A stretch of 64,000 nucleotides of DNA from the human T2T-CHM13v2.0 reference genome, Homo sapiens. Positions 61,364 to 64,000 of the stretch are shown here, piece by piece (within the stretch, counting starts at the first letter, position 1; each line of letters opens with the position of its first letter). Under the pieces are notes generated by a model that worked only from the letters and a program-made list of their open reading frames with translations, was not told the origin of the DNA and made no database searches. The stretch is taken from the NCBI RefSeq assembly GCF_009914755.1, contig NC_060947.1, one strand, 5' to 3'. The position numbers and the translations under genes were made by a program.

Positions 61364-63863
61364 TATATGTAAATTTTATTCTTTATTTTTGCTTTGCATT
61401 ATTTCATGAACATTTTTCATGTCATTAAAAATTATTTGTAAACATTTTTATTGGCTGGATAAGATTTCATAACATAAGATTTTTCCATATAACATGAATG
61501 TGCAACGTGTTTCTTAACTATTTATTCTTATTTCCATGAACATTCTCATTCTTAAATCCTCTTATATTGTGATTCATATTTTGAATAATATTTCCTTAAT
61601 TTTAAAAACCGGCAATCTGAGAAAATTGATTCAATTAAGACCATGCATCTTGTGAATCAGATTGTTTATTGTTTATCACAAATCTCACCTTCCTTTCGTA
61701 GAATCTGAAAGTTTGTAATTAACTGCCAGTGATGGTTTTCAGTGAAGCATTTAAGGAAAGAACAACACATAAAGGAAACATTTATATTCATATTCAACAA
61801 ATTTCAAAGAAATGGTGACAACATTTCTTGTATCATGTACTGATACTGACAACTAGGGAAACTGCTCGAAATGTGTTTTGCAATAACCTTTATCTGTGAA
61901 AATGTGAATCCCCATAAGTATCACCTAAAAAGGTAAAATGGGAAAAAGTAAGTACTGATAACTGCCTTTGCTGAACATATAACCCCTTCCCCACCACATT
62001 TAAAATAATTTAGTTTGCACAAATTCAATTTAGAGTCATTCTAGAAATAAACTTCAGTTATACATTTATAAAAACTAAAATGGAAACCCTCTAGTATGTG
62101 TCCATATTCAGCAGCAGAATTGGTTTTAAAGAATTTTTCATGAGCAACATGTTCTCTCTAAAGTATCAGTTTTTTTGTATGAATGCCCAATTTTCTTCCA
62201 TCAAGTCAATTCTATCATTGCATTGTGATACCAAATATTTTAAGAAGCCCAGCATTTTATCTTGGTTGTTTTTTAAAGAAATGCAGCTTTCCTACTTCTT
62301 GCTGTACTGATTCTATCTCCATCTCTGTTTTTTTCTGAGTAATTTATCATATTGATAACAAGACTTTCTGATGTTTTTAATACTCGAGCAAGGTATTCTT
62401 TGGGTTTCAGATTAGCAAAACACATTCTTGTTTCTTAATGGGCCAGGAAATTGAGACAATAGTTATTTTAAGATAGTTCCATGTGGGAGACTTGGTTTGC
62501 TAATTACGTATGAGATAAATTTCTGCTATGATAAGACTATAGTGAATAAACAGCAAGGTATCAAATTGCAGTGATTCCTAACTCCTTTAGAGTTGTAACG
62601 AGCTGTTTTTGTCATATTATTTATAAGATCCCTGTCTTAGGTTGGATTCCCCCAGAGGTAGACCTTGAACTCATGATTTGTGTGCAAGTGATTTATTAAA
62701 GAGAAACCATAAACTACTAGTAGGGAAAGCAACACAGGAAAGGAGAAGAATCTAAGCAAGGGTGAGAAGTCAGGCAAAATTTGGCAGAGGTCACCATCAT
62801 CATGACTTTACAGAGACAGATAATGTTTGCTGTTTTGTCTCCATTGTCCTTTTTAAAAAGAATTCAGAATGAATGCTTGAGTCATTGTCCCTTTGCATAT
62901 ATGAGCACATTTAATGTTTCTGGAAAATCTGTAATAAGTCATTGATTCTCTTAGGTTATAAGGGATTGGTTAAGTTCTTCCTCGTATTTCTGTGGTTTTA
63001 ATTATTTTCCCTAAAACTGTTACTTTTCAGCATTATTGCTCCGTTGTTTTCAGTATTTTTTGGATTTGGGTTTTTTGTTTTGTTTTGTTTTGTTTTTTGT
63101 CAATTGCCTGTCAGTTGACATGGTTTTGTGAGATTTTCCGGTATATTCCTATGAGCCAAGCTTTTTAATATCAGGAAGTTTCTTCTGCAGATATGAAGAC
63201 TTCACAATGCCCTCTTTCCTTGAGACTATTTGTAAACATGAAATTGGCACAAGTCACAAGACTTCTTTATCTAAACAAGTGTTCTTTTACTCCTTCTTCT
63301 TGTTACTTTCTCTTAAGCAGCTTTTTATCCAGGCATAACTTTTTCCCAGTTCTCAGAGAGTTGTGATTCTTTTTAATAGCCTTTGATTTGAAAACTAATC
63401 AAAAGTTATACAAAATGTATTAAGATAGAGTCATGCTTGTTGAAGAATGACTCTCTTGGGGAATATTTGTCATGAGAGACTTTGTGATAAGATCCAGTTT
63501 GGGCAGATGCCATATGTTGAAAGAAGCTGGGCGGGCGGAAGAAACCCTCCATGTTTACTGAGGCTTAACTTTGAGTGTGCTCAGCATGGCTTTGCACAGC
63601 TAGGAAAGAAACAACAGTCATGAATAAATACGGAGTCCTTTCTGAGCAAAAATATTTTAATATATTGAGAGCCAGTGGGAGGATACTGGTGTGTGGGAAG
63701 AGTGCAGATTTTGGAATGTAAAATTCAGGGTCTGAATCCTGACCTCCTTATTTAATAGCCCTGTGACCCACAAGTTACCTCTCGGAGATTCCACTTTCCT
63801 GTCTATAAAATGGGAATCATAATGTATTTTTCATGGGTTGTTGTCAAAGCAATGGTATGACAT

Positions 63864-64000
63864 GTGTATTAGTTCGTTTTCATGCTGCTGATAAAGACAT
63901 ACCCAAGACTGGGCAATTTACAAAAGAAAAAGGTTTAATGGACTCACAGTTCCACATGGCTGGGGAGGCCTCACAATCAAGGCAGAAGGTGAGAGGCACA
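63864..64000 (-). mobile_element. THE1 LTR (runs off the window)
   Basis: tgtattagttcgttttcatgctgctgataaagacatacccaagactggg. Confidence 0.88.

Overview
Primate (almost certainly human) X-chromosome DNA, recognised as Xp21.1/p11.4 from the encoded proteins. The window holds two intronless, tandem, same-strand short histone H2A variant genes: H2AP/HYPM (8430-8783) and H2AL3 (11934-12380). It also holds the 5' part of SYTL5 (a candidate non-coding first exon near 24.2 kb and the first coding exon at 51483-51601) and a MADE1-derived miR-548 hairpin (41496-41575). The rest is mostly L1, Alu, MIR, L2, ERV1/MaLR LTRs and DNA-transposon relics. The most interesting biology is the H2AP/H2AL3 pair. They sit in an ancient ~2 kb tandem duplication with a shared CCAAT promoter. 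A 40-bp VNTR multiplies an RFX X-box-like motif seven times in front of H2AL3 only. A purine microsatellite gives H2AL3 a poly-Glu then poly-Arg tail, and a ~400 bp block past both poly(A) signals is ~95% identical although the coding regions are highly diverged. There are also several unusual retroelement structures: a polyadenylated LTR2 retrocopy or 3' transduction, a one-ended MER41 provirus with a 38-bp duplication, and a perfect 35-bp fold-back. Repeat subfamily names and identity values are by eye or from memory and need computational confirmation.
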